Positions 28,602 to 38,913 of a DNA stretch of 57,055 nt are shown one piece after another. Both the position numbers and the translations under genes were made by a program. Numbering within the stretch: the first letter of the stretch is position 1; each line of letters begins with the position of its first letter. The stretch lies in NCBI GenBank assembly GCA_964646135.1, contig CAZYCT010000001.1:1-57055 (forward strand), in the 5' to 3' direction. This stretch comes from an uncultured Coprococcus sp. Its GTDB lineage: Bacteria; Bacillota; Clostridia; Lachnospirales; Lachnospiraceae. The notes beneath the pieces are model-generated. The model worked only from the letters and a program-made list of their open reading frames with translations, did not search any database and was not told the DNA's origin.

Positions 28602-28797
28602 AAACACCATAAAATCGTGTCCGTTCTGTGGCAACAATGACCGCAGAGTAGGTGTCAGGAGGATGGGAAACAAAGGTTATAGAGTGATCTGTGGAAAATG
28701 CGGTGGTTCTGGCCCGTATGTGGCAATCAAAGACTGGCATGATAAGAAAATGATTGCGCAGGAACAAGCAGTCAATGAATGGAACAGGAGGGTATGA
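28594..28797 (+). CDS. Lar-like restriction alleviation zinc-finger protein
   Basis: KSCPFCG...ICGKCG.SGP...AVNEWNRR. Confidence 0.75.
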   Translation: MSKNTIKSCPFCGNNDRRVGVRRMGNKGYRVICGKCGGSGPYVAIKDWHDKKMIAQEQAVNEWNRRV

Positions 28798-28798
28798 A

Positions 28799-29185
28799 AT
28801 GAGGAAAGTAAGTGGTATTTTGGCAGATACGACAGAATTAAAGAGGCTGATCTTGGAACATCCAGATTATCCTATCGTTGTTTTGGTGAGTGAAGAAGCG
28901 AATAACGGTGATTATTCGTGGATGTATGCGAGTGATATCACATTTACTGTTGGAGAGATTTTGGATAAGCAGCAACCCTTCAACCAAGAACTTATTTATT
29001 CCGACAGAGACTCTTTTGAGGAAGATTTTGAGGAGTGGCTGTGGGAAGACCTACACAAGCGGATGGAAGAAGAGGGTAGCAACTGTGAGTTGGATGAAGA
29101 AGCATTCCAGCTTATCTTGAAAAGAGAATTGCAGCAGTATGAACCACATTGGAAAAATTGCATTATTGTTCGTGCAGATAACTGA
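28799..29185 (+). CDS. Hypothetical acidic protein
   Basis: AGGAGG RBS before ATG 28799. Confidence 0.7.
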   Translation: MRKVSGILADTTELKRLILEHPDYPIVVLVSEEANNGDYSWMYASDITFTVGEILDKQQPFNQELIYSDRDSFEEDFEEWLWEDLHKRMEEEGSNCELDEEAFQLILKRELQQYEPHWKNCIIVRADN

Positions 29186-29206
29186 GAAGGATTATCTTAG
29201 AAACAC

Positions 29207-29650
29207 TTGAAAGGGGCGATTGTTTTGAGTAAGGAAAAATTAACAAATGAAACATTAAGGAATGCGATCGAAGCGCAAAAAATAGGTGCTGAAACAGAAC
29301 TGGAGAAAGTGACAGTACAGTTTCTTGAAGAACTAAAGCAGTATAGAGAACTGGAAGATCAGGGGCTGCTTTTGAAACTTCCATGTAAACTGAGAAGTGC
29401 TATCTGGGATAATGATTTTGGAAATCCATACAAATATGATGTTACCGGATTTTCTTACGGAGATCTGAATGAAGATGAATACTTCGATGAGGAGCTGCCA
29501 ACAGATGAATTGATACTTCATTATGCAAATCATACCGGTAGTATCACAGGAAGATTCCCGGTCAGCGCACTTGGTGAATCAGTGTTTCTTACTCAATTAG
29601 AGGCAGAAGAAAAGCTGAAAAAAGCGGAGGAAACTTTATCGAAAATCTGA
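29207..29650 (+). CDS. Hypothetical phage protein
   Basis: LKQYRELEDQGLLLKLPCK...GESVFLTQLEAE pattern common in Clostridia phages; start uncertain. Confidence 0.7.
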   Translation: MKGAIVLSKEKLTNETLRNAIEAQKIGAETELEKVTVQFLEELKQYRELEDQGLLLKLPCKLRSAIWDNDFGNPYKYDVTGFSYGDLNEDEYFDEELPTDELILHYANHTGSITGRFPVSALGESVFLTQLEAEEKLKKAEETLSKI

Positions 29651-29664
29651 TAGAGGAATGATGT

Positions 29665-29814
29665 ATGGGACGTGTATGCAGCAACTGTAAGCACAACAAT
29701 ATATTCTTCTGTAACAATAGATCATGCGAGAACTATGGAATGCCTATAGCGTACATAGAAGATTGCAATGAGTTTGAGGAAAAGGAGGAACCCTGTGAAA
29801 TTCAAAGAGTTTAG
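29665..29814 (+). CDS. Small Cys-rich protein (49 aa, absent from the ORF track)
   Basis: MGRVCSNCKH...FCNNRSC...DCNEFEE with an upstream GAGGA. Confidence 0.5.
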   Translation: MGRVCSNCKHNNIFFCNNRSCENYGMPIAYIEDCNEFEEKEEPCEIQRV

Positions 29815-30025
29815 AGATTGGTGTTATCAGAGAGCTTGTGATGGGTGTTGGGGAATGCAGACGGCTATTGTTTGCTTGAGTATTGTAGATGCCATAGGCA
29901 AGAAACCATTTTGGAAAAGAGAAAAGTTCTGGAAAGAAAATTATGAGCAAGATGTTTTAGAGAACATAGTGAAACCCATAGAAGAGAAAATCAGAAAAAT
30001 GGAGGAAGAATACAATGAAAAATAG
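29795..30025 (+). CDS. Hypothetical protein
   Basis: AGGAGG RBS before GTG 29795. Confidence 0.65.
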   Translation: MKFKEFRDWCYQRACDGCWGMQTAIVCLSIVDAIGKKPFWKREKFWKENYEQDVLENIVKPIEEKIRKMEEEYNEK

Positions 30026-30563
30026 TTGGAAAATCGCATTGATTATACTTGCTGGAATTGTTGCAGTGGTGTTGATGGCAGCGGTTGGCATTCAAAGTGT
30101 GCAGAATAAAGCAATCGCACTGGAAGAACAGGTAAGCGCAGCAGATGCAGATATTAAAGTGCAGGAAAAGAGAAGGGTTGACCTTGTATATAATCTGGTG
30201 GATTGCGTGAAGCAGTATGATAAGCACGAAGCCGATACTCTTACAGCAATCGTGGAAAAACGTGGTTCCGCCGGTGACATTGAAGATGTAACAACCGCGA
30301 TTACGGCTGTATCAGAAGCCTATCCAGAATTGAAGGCCAATGAAAATTATAAAGAGCTGATGAATGAACTGTCTATTACAGAAAATCTGATCGCAGAATA
30401 TCGCGGCAACTATAATAAACAGATTAAAGAATACAAGCGTTATGCGAGAAAGTTTCCTGCAAGAGTGTTTCTGGATATGCTGGGGTATGAGGTTCAGGAC
30501 TATACATATCTTGATTATGATGCACCTTCAGATGCACCACAGAATTTATTTGGAGATGATTAA
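30015..30563 (+). CDS. LemA family protein
   Basis: N-terminal TM; RRVDLVYNLV..VKQY..HE; EAYPELKANENY..LM.EL..TEN; YN..I..Y....KFP. Confidence 0.88.
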   Translation: MKNSWKIALIILAGIVAVVLMAAVGIQSVQNKAIALEEQVSAADADIKVQEKRRVDLVYNLVDCVKQYDKHEADTLTAIVEKRGSAGDIEDVTTAITAVSEAYPELKANENYKELMNELSITENLIAEYRGNYNKQIKEYKRYARKFPARVFLDMLGYEVQDYTYLDYDAPSDAPQNLFGDD

Positions 30564-31289
30564 ATGGAGATCACAAAAAGAGAGATACTGGCTAGTATCT
30601 CAATCATTGCAATTTTACTCCTTGCCGGCTTCCTGATATCCGGCAGGGTGTCAGATTATCAGATGGATCAAAATGAAAAGTATAATACAGCTCTAAAAAT
30701 CCAGTCGCAGGATATATTCGAATATGGAATGCGAACGAACGTAGGCAATGCTTTTGTGTACGGAGAATTAAAGGCTGTTGATCCTGTTACATACCCGGAA
30801 TTGTCGGATGAATATATGTACGTGGAAAGGGTAAAAGAGCGATACACGCAGCACACCAGACAGGTTGCACATACAAGAACGGTGAATGGAAAGAGTCAGA
30901 CGTATTATACAACAGAAACCTACTGGACGTGGGATCGTGTTGGCAGCGAAGAAAAGATATGCGAAGAGTTATCTTTTTTGAACAATATTTTTGCCAGTTC
31001 AAAGATTACTATTCCTTATGCAGAATATGTTGAAACCATAAAGGAAAGCAGCTGTGTTCGTTATAAATATTACGGTGTTATGACATCTTATACGGGAACA
31101 TTATTCACTGAGCTGAAAGATAGGACAATATCTGATAAATCAGATTTTTATGAAAACAGGACGATTGAAGAAACAATGGAATATTTGGAAACTGATTTTT
31201 CACTGTACCTGTTTTGGGTATGTTGGATCGTATTCATAAGTCTGTGTGTTTACGGTTTTTATTATCTTGATAATAAATGGTTGGAATGA
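30564..31289 (+). CDS. Two-TM membrane protein adjacent to LemA
   Basis: TM helices at both ends around a soluble domain; starts right after the LemA stop. Confidence 0.75.
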   Translation: MEITKREILASISIIAILLLAGFLISGRVSDYQMDQNEKYNTALKIQSQDIFEYGMRTNVGNAFVYGELKAVDPVTYPELSDEYMYVERVKERYTQHTRQVAHTRTVNGKSQTYYTTETYWTWDRVGSEEKICEELSFLNNIFASSKITIPYAEYVETIKESSCVRYKYYGVMTSYTGTLFTELKDRTISDKSDFYENRTIEETMEYLETDFSLYLFWVCWIVFISLCVYGFYYLDNKWLE

Positions 31290-31557
31290 AGGTACAAGCG
31301 GAATTATATCAGGACGATTGCATTGAAATCATGCAAAGCATACTGGATGAGAGCGTAAACATGGTTCTTTGTGATTTGATCTATGGGACACCATACTTGA
31401 TAATTGCATGGGTTCCGGTTCTACAGGCGTGGAGGCATTAGCTACACAGAGGAACTTCATTGGCGTGGAACAGAATCCAGAATTTTTTGAAATTGCATAC
31501 CAGCGGATCAAGAAAGTGCAAAAAGCGTTATTTGGAACGGAGGTTCAGAGAAAATGA
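31286..31557 (+). pseudogene. Relic of an N6-adenine/N4-cytosine (beta-class) DNA methyltransferase
   Basis: One frame LYQDDCIEIMQSILDESVNMVLCDLIYGT, another frame ILDNCMGSGSTGV...RNFIGVE...FEIAYQRI; centre deleted, frameshift near 31390. Confidence 0.8.
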
Positions 31558-31775
31558 ATATAGCAGAAAGAGCGAATTATATAGGAACGATCGTAGATAC
31601 AATCAAAGAAAGTACACAGAAATACCATGTGGTACAGGTGGAGCAAAATCGTAAAGTAGTGAACGCAGGATATGGCATTGAACTGAGTGATAGCCGGGAG
31701 TCAATTAAAAGACGCTGCCTGCTGGCGCGCGAGGAGCTGTTAAAGATTTTGAAAGAATTGGAGGAGGTGTATTGA
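31554..31775 (+). CDS. Hypothetical protein
   Basis: GGAGG RBS; 73 aa. Confidence 0.65.
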   Translation: MNIAERANYIGTIVDTIKESTQKYHVVQVEQNRKVVNAGYGIELSDSRESIKRRCLLAREELLKILKELEEVY

Positions 31776-31778
31776 TGA

Positions 31779-32204
31779 ATGGGCCGAGCTGAAAGACGAA
31801 AAGCAGGAATCAAAGAAAAGGTAAAGACCTATAATCTGACATTGGCTGACATCCAGAAAATAAAAAAGGATGCAGCGGATGAAGCATATAACCGGATTAT
31901 GGAATCCATACAAACCGAAATCAACCAGCAGATTTTGGATTCCGACAAAGCATACAATACTGATCTGGATGCAGCAATCCTGTGGACGTTGCACACACGG
32001 TTCGGATTTGGGCGAAAAAGACTTCGCAGATTTTGGGAGGCGTTTCTGCTGGAACATGAATTTCTGAGAGCTGTATATGGGGACGGAAAACCGGCATCTG
32101 CAAAGTTCAGAGAATATCTAGCAGATATAAAGGTAGATATCGCAGAATGGGAAAAAGAAACTTATGAGAGAAAAGGGAATGAAAATGGAACAGATAATGA
32201 ATGA
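31779..32204 (+). CDS. Hypothetical phage protein
   Basis: GRAERRK start; LHTRFGFGRKRLRRF motif common in Clostridia phages. Confidence 0.7.
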   Translation: MGRAERRKAGIKEKVKTYNLTLADIQKIKKDAADEAYNRIMESIQTEINQQILDSDKAYNTDLDAAILWTLHTRFGFGRKRLRRFWEAFLLEHEFLRAVYGDGKPASAKFREYLADIKVDIAEWEKETYERKGNENGTDNE

Positions 32205-32544
32205 AAAAGCAGGTATTGTGGTTGACATTTTAGGAACACCATATTTTGTAAAGGAAGATACAGAAGCGTTAAAGCTCATAAATGCAGATGGAGAATGTCA
32301 GGCGTACAGCAAGACAATACGGTACAGAGAATTGGATGATTTCTTGTTTGGTGTCGCATCGCTGACAGAAAAGCGAGAAAGACGAAGAGAGGTTATCAGG
32401 CACGAAATTGTACACGCTTTTTTCCATGAATCAGGCTTAGAACAGTACAGTGATGATGAAGTTTTGGTGGCATGGATTGCGCTGCAATTTCCAAAAATCA
32501 GCCGTGCAGTAGAGAGCATTTTAGAACAACTGGAGGATAAGTGA
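32164..32544 (+). CDS. HExxH metallopeptidase-like phage protein
   Basis: VIRHEIVHAFFHESGL...E.LV.WIA.QFPK; start uncertain. Confidence 0.65.
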   Translation: MREKGMKMEQIMNEKAGIVVDILGTPYFVKEDTEALKLINADGECQAYSKTIRYRELDDFLFGVASLTEKRERRREVIRHEIVHAFFHESGLEQYSDDEVLVAWIALQFPKISRAVESILEQLEDK

Positions 32545-32754
32545 TTGAAAGAATCTGATTTTGAGGTATGGCACTTTTATGAAGGTGGTCGCATTTTGCG
32601 ACAACCTTTTAAAAAATCAGAATATGATTTGATGCTGAAATTTATAGCGGGTCTGAGATTATGTGGAACAGATTACAGAGTATTCAAAGGAAAAGATCTG
32701 TTTGACATCGAAACAGGAGAAATCTGGAATCCATTTAGATCGATTACAGCATAG
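32545..32754 (+). CDS. Hypothetical protein
   Basis: GGAGG RBS before a TTG start. Confidence 0.55.
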   Translation: MKESDFEVWHFYEGGRILRQPFKKSEYDLMLKFIAGLRLCGTDYRVFKGKDLFDIETGEIWNPFRSITA

Positions 32755-32770
32755 AAGGTAGGTGGGTGAA

Positions 32771-32968
32771 ATGGCATATAAGAATAGTGAGGGTTACGCG
32801 GATCCAACTGCAGGTGATGCAATGGCAAAAGTGCGTCAGGAAGAAATCGCAGCTGGCAAATGTACAACTCTTGTCAATACCATTCAGTCAGTGGCACATT
32901 TAGCAGGATTTGAAGTGGTTGGCAGGATTACATTGAAACATAAGAAAACTGGGTTAATTTTTAAATAG
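32771..32968 (+). CDS. Hypothetical phage protein
   Basis: KNSEGYADPTA...AGFEVVGRITLKHKKTG pattern. Confidence 0.7.
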   Translation: MAYKNSEGYADPTAGDAMAKVRQEEIAAGKCTTLVNTIQSVAHLAGFEVVGRITLKHKKTGLIFK

Positions 32969-32981
32969 GGAGGAAAAGAAA

Positions 32982-33317
32982 ATGACAGGATCAGAATACC
33001 AGAAACTTGCAATGCGTACTTGCAGCATTCCTTATGATGATACGAAGGGGCGATTGCACCATGCAGTGTTTGGACTTACATCAGAGTCCGGTGAAGTTGC
33101 AGGTATCATGCAGAAAGAGTATCAGGGACATGAATTTGATCAGGATCATATGAAAAAGGAATTGGGAGACTGCTTATGGATGATCGCTGAGGCGTGTGAA
33201 GCGTTGGGGACAAATATGGATGAAGTAATGCAGCTGAACATTGATAAGCTGAAAGCACGATATCCAGAAGGTTTCAGTGCAGAAAATTCGCTACATAGAA
33301 AGGCCGGAGACATTTAG
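32982..33317 (+). CDS. MazG-like nucleotide pyrophosphohydrolase
   Basis: GLTSESGEVA...KKELGDCLW...NIDKLKARYP. Confidence 0.88.
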   Translation: MTGSEYQKLAMRTCSIPYDDTKGRLHHAVFGLTSESGEVAGIMQKEYQGHEFDQDHMKKELGDCLWMIAEACEALGTNMDEVMQLNIDKLKARYPEGFSAENSLHRKAGDI

Positions 33318-33384
33318 AACTGCAGAGAGGGTTGATGGGCTACACAGATGAAGCAGCATTGTTTTTATCAAGAGGAGGCAGAGC

Positions 33385-34134
33385 ATGAATATTGATTTTT
33401 CTAAAATCGTAAATGATAAGATAAAACAAATGGACGAGAGAGGGACGATACAAAAAGCAATCGAAGACGGCATAGAAGAAGTGATCTTAAAAGCGATATC
33501 TGATCAGATTACCGGATATGAAACAAAAAGATTGATTGAACAGCAGGTAAAGAGCTGCATATCAGAGTCTTGCGCGGATATTGGACTGGCAGCATACAAT
33601 GGATGTGTGGCAGATGCAGTGAGTAAAATCATCAGAGGAACCATAGCAGAGAACTTGCAGGATCGGATTGAAAAGGAAGTCACCGGATTAGTGCTGAAAA
33701 AAGAAAAACCGGTGAAACTGTCAGAAATTTTTGAACGGTACCGTGAATCTATGCGCGATGGGTATACCGGCATGGATTCAGATGAAACATTCACATTATA
33801 CTGCGGACAAAAACGATCAAGTTTTGTATCGAATAAATACTATTGTGAATGTGCTTTTAGTGAAGATGGCGATGTAGAAGCAAATGTAAGCTATTCAGAT
33901 CGCCTTCAAAATAAAGAAGACTACGACATATTCTTTGAGACTTATGATTATGGAGATAAGACAGCTAAGATCAGTCAAGTATTGTTCCACGGTGAACCTG
34001 CAGAAAATATGCTGCAAAGACGATATCTAAATTCATTTGAGTGCTTCATCTTAAACCTTTATTTGAACAAAGTAAAGATTACTATGGACACGGGTAGCGT
34101 AGATACAGATGATAATTTGTACGATTGCTATTGA
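33385..34134 (+). CDS. Hypothetical protein
   Basis: GAGGAGG RBS; 249-aa ORF. Confidence 0.75.
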   Translation: MNIDFSKIVNDKIKQMDERGTIQKAIEDGIEEVILKAISDQITGYETKRLIEQQVKSCISESCADIGLAAYNGCVADAVSKIIRGTIAENLQDRIEKEVTGLVLKKEKPVKLSEIFERYRESMRDGYTGMDSDETFTLYCGQKRSSFVSNKYYCECAFSEDGDVEANVSYSDRLQNKEDYDIFFETYDYGDKTAKISQVLFHGEPAENMLQRRYLNSFECFILNLYLNKVKITMDTGSVDTDDNLYDCY

Positions 34135-34139
34135 TTTAT

Positions 34140-34217
34140 AGTAAAAAATAATTAACTTGTAATTGACTGGTTTATTTTTTTTAGCTATAATACAAATACA
34201 GTTAAAATAAATTGACT
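34140..34217 (+). promoter_or_regulatory. Sigma-A promoter of the primase gene with 18-bp operators
   Basis: TTGACT (34163)-17 bp-TATAAT (34186); boxes at 34140, 34169 (degenerate) and 34200. Confidence 0.85.
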
Positions 34218-34266
34218 GATACACCCAAAGCTGAAAGCAGATTGGGGGTGAAAGATAGAAGGGGGC

Positions 34267-36675
34267 GTGTACTCTATGGATCTAAAATATGACCGACAAT
34301 TAAACATATCTGTAGGCAACAGTCGAAAAGATATGAACTGGAAACCGCAGTCTTATCTTGTATCAGAATTATGGGAAAAACTGCGGACACCTGCAAAGGG
34401 TTCAGAAACCATTGCAGATTACATGAAATTAAAAAAAGGGCAACAAGACGAACTGAAGGATGTGGGCGGCTTCATGGCAGGTACGTTAAATGGCAGCAGG
34501 CGAAAAGCAAGTGCCGTAACCGGACGTGATGTTGTAACGCTAGACTTTGACACGATACAGCCTTATGGAACAGATGCTGTTATCAGCACAGTCAGAGATA
34601 TGGGATGCTGTTTTGCAGTCTATAGCACGCGAAAGCATATGCCTACGGCCCCACGTTTGAGATTATTATTCCCGTTGGACAGAACAGTATCAGTGGATGA
34701 GTACGAACCAATAGCGCGGCACCTTGCCGCGCAGATTGGTATTCAGATGGCAGATCCAACTACTTTTGAAGCGTGCCGTCTGATGTACTGGCCGTCATGC
34801 TGCGCAGACGGTGAATATATCTTTCAATATCACGATGCGCCTTTTGTAGATGCGGACAGTGTATTAAGTACATATGAAGATTGGCACAATTTTACATCGT
34901 GGCCACAGGTTCCCGGAGCAACCAGCTATCAGAAGCTGGCAATGAAACAGGGGGATCCGTATGAAAAAGCTGGCATCGTGGGAGCGTTTAACAGGGCATA
35001 TGAAGATGTTTTTAATGTCATGGATAGAGTTATTCCCGGAATATACGAAGCCTGCGACAATGATCCGAACCGTTTCACCTACTTAGGTGGATCAACAACT
35101 GGTGGTGCTATCGTTTACGATCACGGAAAATTCTTATTTTCTCATCATGGTACCGACCCATGCAGCGGAAAACTGGTAAATGCATTTGACCTTGTACGCC
35201 TGCATAAGTTTGGTGATCTGGATGATGCAGCGGTAGCTGGTACACCCGTTAATAAGATGCCATCATATAAGGCTATGTGTGAATTTGCCGTTGCTGATCC
35301 GGTATGTGCAGCAGTGATGGCAAAAGAGCGTCAGGAACAGGCAGCAAAGGATTTTGAGGGTGTCACCGCCAGCAATGCAGATGCAGCAGAGAACTGGATG
35401 TCAAAACTTGATCTAAATCCTAAAACTGCAATCCCGAAATCCACGATCGATAATGTGCGAATCATTCTGGAGAATGATCCAAGATTAAAAGGAATGTTCT
35501 CATTGAATCAGTTTGCCGGGCGCGGAGAAGTGTTAGGCAGATTGCCGTGGAGCACAGATGCAAAACGGAGATTGTGGAGTGATACAGATAGTAACGGTCT
35601 GTACTGGTATCTGGAAAAAGCATATTGCATCACCGGCAGAGGAAACATTGATGCGGCATTGGATGTGCACGCAGCTACACATGCGTTTAACGAAGTTCAG
35701 GATTTTCTCTGCGGGCTTGAATGGGATGGGGTATCAAGACTGGATAGCCTGTTTATTGATTATTTGGGTGCCGAAGACACGGAATACACCCGTGCAGTAA
35801 CCAGAAAAGCATTTACGGCAGCAGTAGCACGCGCTATGGAACCGGGATGCAAATATGACAATATGCTGATCCTTTGCGGATCGCAGGGCATCGGTAAATC
35901 CACATTATTGGATCGTATGAGTAAAGGCTGGTTTAACGACTCTATCCGTACATTTGAAGGTAAAGAAGCAAGTGAGCTGTTACAAGGTGTGTGGTTGGTA
36001 GAAGTGGCCGAATTGGACGCATTTAGAAAGACAGATGTATCTCGTATCAAACAGTTCCTGTCATTAAGGGCTGATCGGTATCGTGCTGCATACGGCAGGC
36101 ATATGAAAGAACTTCCAAGATGCTGTGTTTTCTTTGGAACATGCAATCAGATGGATTTCCTACAGGATACCACCGGAAACCGCCGTTTCTGGCCGGTAGA
36201 TGTTGGAGAAAACCCACATGATAAACACGTGTGGTCAGATCTTTCAGATGGAACAGTAAATCAGATATGGGCTGAGGCAAAAATGCGCTGGCAGCTGGGC
36301 GAACCACTTTATCTTAGTGGAAAGATCGAAAAGATGGCGCAGGAGAAGCAGGAACAACATAGAGAAGCCGATCCGAAAGAAGGATTGATTCAGGAATTTG
36401 TGTCAAGGCAGGTGCCACATGATTGGTCAACGTGGGATACAAACACACGAATGAACTATTGGGCGGGGCTGAGCACAGGCACTTATAATCTGGTAGATCG
36501 TGATAAAATCTGTGCATTAGAGGTCTGGTGTGAACTTTTTAACGGCGATAAGAAGTATTTAAGAAGGCAGGATACAAAAGAAATCAATGCAGTGTTGGCT
36601 AATTTGCCCGGCTGGAAAGCAAAAGTTATCAATGCGGGCCCGTATTCTTCGCAGCGCGGATTTGTTCGTGAATAG
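34267..36675 (+). CDS. Primase-helicase (VirE/VapE family)
   Basis: N-terminal primase-like LDFD...YSTRKH..PRLR; Walker A GSQGIGKST; VEVAEL; DTTGNRRFWP. Confidence 0.9.
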   Translation: MYSMDLKYDRQLNISVGNSRKDMNWKPQSYLVSELWEKLRTPAKGSETIADYMKLKKGQQDELKDVGGFMAGTLNGSRRKASAVTGRDVVTLDFDTIQPYGTDAVISTVRDMGCCFAVYSTRKHMPTAPRLRLLFPLDRTVSVDEYEPIARHLAAQIGIQMADPTTFEACRLMYWPSCCADGEYIFQYHDAPFVDADSVLSTYEDWHNFTSWPQVPGATSYQKLAMKQGDPYEKAGIVGAFNRAYEDVFNVMDRVIPGIYEACDNDPNRFTYLGGSTTGGAIVYDHGKFLFSHHGTDPCSGKLVNAFDLVRLHKFGDLDDAAVAGTPVNKMPSYKAMCEFAVADPVCAAVMAKERQEQAAKDFEGVTASNADAAENWMSKLDLNPKTAIPKSTIDNVRIILENDPRLKGMFSLNQFAGRGEVLGRLPWSTDAKRRLWSDTDSNGLYWYLEKAYCITGRGNIDAALDVHAATHAFNEVQDFLCGLEWDGVSRLDSLFIDYLGAEDTEYTRAVTRKAFTAAVARAMEPGCKYDNMLILCGSQGIGKSTLLDRMSKGWFNDSIRTFEGKEASELLQGVWLVEVAELDAFRKTDVSRIKQFLSLRADRYRAAYGRHMKELPRCCVFFGTCNQMDFLQDTTGNRRFWPVDVGENPHDKHVWSDLSDGTVNQIWAEAKMRWQLGEPLYLSGKIEKMAQEKQEQHREADPKEGLIQEFVSRQVPHDWSTWDTNTRMNYWAGLSTGTYNLVDRDKICALEVWCELFNGDKKYLRRQDTKEINAVLANLPGWKAKVINAGPYSSQRGFVRE

Positions 36676-36688
36676 CAAGACAATGAGA

Positions 36689-37048
36689 GGTTACAAACCT
36701 AAAATTCAATGTAATCAATGAAATAGCGGAAAAGTCTGGAAACTCTTATAAACACTGGATTTTTCCGCAAATTACATTGAAGTTACAAACTGCGAAATTC
36801 AATGTAATCGAATGTAACTTTGTAACCTGAAAATTAGATGAAAATTACGTTGGTTACATTAAATTACAAAATTTGTAACGGCTGAGCCCCTTATAAATAC
36901 CGATATTTTTAATATAAGTTACATAATTACATTACTTTCCTATTGAATAGATAGAAATAGAGAAAAATATAGAATTTAGAGAATATATAAACTCTATAAA
37001 TTCTATATTTCTGCCTAATTCGAATAAGTCTATACGCGCGCACGCGAA
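36689..37048 (+). repeat. Iteron/hairpin element copy 2 (core 36771-37048 plus upstream extension); candidate replication origin
   Basis: Directly after primase-helicase; many TTACA/TGTAA motifs; extra hairpin 36705-36781. Confidence 0.85.
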
Positions 37049-37237
37049 GCAAGGCGATTTCCGAATGAAAACAGATGTGAAAATTAGGGTAGGAAAGCAA
37101 TGGATAACTGAAATACTGGTCAGCAGATGGTAAAAAAGATTTTATTTGTAGAGTGCTGATGAGGTAGAGAAGCAGATGCACGTTTGGTCACACTTACGCG
37201 CAAGACGATTTTTCGATAGAGGGAGGCAGTAAAATAG

Positions 37238-37543
37238 ATGCTTGAAAAAGAAGTAGAACGAAAATTAAAAAAGCAGGTAGAGCACAAAATTCCCGGTGCA
37301 CAGTGCCTGAAATTTGTCAGTCCCGGAACTTCTGGTGTCCCCGATCGGCTGATACTTATTCCCGGCGGTACGGCGGTATTTGTCGAATTGAAAGCACCGG
37401 GGAAAAAGGAGAGAAAGCTACAGACGTTCATTCAGAACAGGTTGCGAAAAAACGGGTTCCTTGTCTTTTCATCTGTAGACAGTGATGCAAAGATACATGA
37501 AGTGATAAAGGCGTGCGAGGAGGTATACCATGAAAGAATTTAA
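37238..37543 (+). CDS. VRR-NUC domain nuclease
   Basis: EKEVE...KFVSPG.SGVPDRL...FVELKAPG. Confidence 0.9.
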   Translation: MLEKEVERKLKKQVEHKIPGAQCLKFVSPGTSGVPDRLILIPGGTAVFVELKAPGKKERKLQTFIQNRLRKNGFLVFSSVDSDAKIHEVIKACEEVYHERI

Positions 37544-38912
37544 ACCACATTCCTATCAGCAATATTGCATAGACAGCATATTGAACATCCCGTATGTTGG
37601 CGCATTCCTTGACATGGGACTGGGGAAAACGGTGATCACGCTGACTGCGCTACACACATTGAAGTATTATCGTTGCTGCATCAGGAAAACACTGGTGATT
37701 GCTCCGAAAAAAGTTGCGGAGGGAACATGGACGAATGAACAGAAAAAATGGGATCATCTGAAGCAGCTTAAATTATCTGTGGTGCTGGGGACAGAAAAAC
37801 AGAGGATTGAAGCATTGGAGACACCAGCGGATGTTTATATCATCAATCGTGAAAACACACAGTGGCTTGTATCATACTATGGGCATGACTGGCCCTTTGA
37901 TGCAGTCGTGTTGGATGAAAGCAGCTCATTTAAGAATCATCAGTCGAAGAGGTTCAAAGCTCTGAAGTCTGTAAAACCTAAAATCAACCGTTTGATTGAG
38001 CTGACTGGTACACCAAGTCCGCATGGACTGACAGATTTGTGGGCGCAGATCTATCTTCTGGACAACGGCAAGAGACTGGGACGAACTATCTCAGTATATC
38101 GTGATATGTTTTTCGTGCCGGATAAGCGGAACCGGACAACTATATTCTCCTATGCCCCGAAAGAAGGGGCGGAAGCCGCTATATACAAATTGATCTCAGA
38201 TATTTGCATCAGCATGAAATCAGAGGACTACTTGACACTGCCTAATCTGATCTATGATGATATCCCGGTTAAATTAGATCAAAAGGCGCAAAAAGCATAT
38301 GGCAGCATGGAGCGCGATATGCTTCTGGAAGTAGACGATGAAACAGTGACTGCAACTACTGCTGCCACTCTCTCAGGAAAGTTGTTACAGCTCTGTAATG
38401 GTGCAGTGTATGGAGAGACTGGGGAGGTCATATCAGTGCATGACTGTAAACTTGAGGCCTTCATGGAAACAATAGAACAGCTGAATGGACAGCATACGAT
38501 TGTCTATTACCACTTCCAGCATGACAGAGATAGAATACTTACAGCTCTGTCTAAATCAGGCTTGAGGGTGCGCGTATATGCAGGTGTGCAGGATGAAAGA
38601 GATTGGAACAATGGAGAAGTAGACGTATTGCTTGCACAACCGGCTTCATGTGGCTACGGCCTGAACCTGCAGTTTGGCGGGCATCATGTGATTTGGTTCG
38701 GTCTTACATGGAACTTAGAGGAGTATCAGCAGGCGAACAAGAGACTCCACAGACAGGGGCAGCAGTATCCGGTGATTGTCCACAGGCTAATCACACAGGG
38801 CGGAACAGACGAGGATGTCATAAGGTCATTGGAAGTGAAGAACGGTGCGCAGGAATGTTTATTGGATGCGCTGAAAGCCCGGATAGAAAAGGTTAGAGGA
38901 GGACAGATGTAA
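37530..38912 (+). CDS. SNF2-like DEAD/DEAH helicase
   Basis: DMGLGKT, VLDESS, LTGTP, GLNLQ, QANKRLHRQGQ. Confidence 0.92.
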   Translation: MKEFKPHSYQQYCIDSILNIPYVGAFLDMGLGKTVITLTALHTLKYYRCCIRKTLVIAPKKVAEGTWTNEQKKWDHLKQLKLSVVLGTEKQRIEALETPADVYIINRENTQWLVSYYGHDWPFDAVVLDESSSFKNHQSKRFKALKSVKPKINRLIELTGTPSPHGLTDLWAQIYLLDNGKRLGRTISVYRDMFFVPDKRNRTTIFSYAPKEGAEAAIYKLISDICISMKSEDYLTLPNLIYDDIPVKLDQKAQKAYGSMERDMLLEVDDETVTATTAATLSGKLLQLCNGAVYGETGEVISVHDCKLEAFMETIEQLNGQHTIVYYHFQHDRDRILTALSKSGLRVRVYAGVQDERDWNNGEVDVLLAQPASCGYGLNLQFGGHHVIWFGLTWNLEEYQQANKRLHRQGQQYPVIVHRLITQGGTDEDVIRSLEVKNGAQECLLDALKARIEKVRGGQM

Positions 38913-38913
38913 C

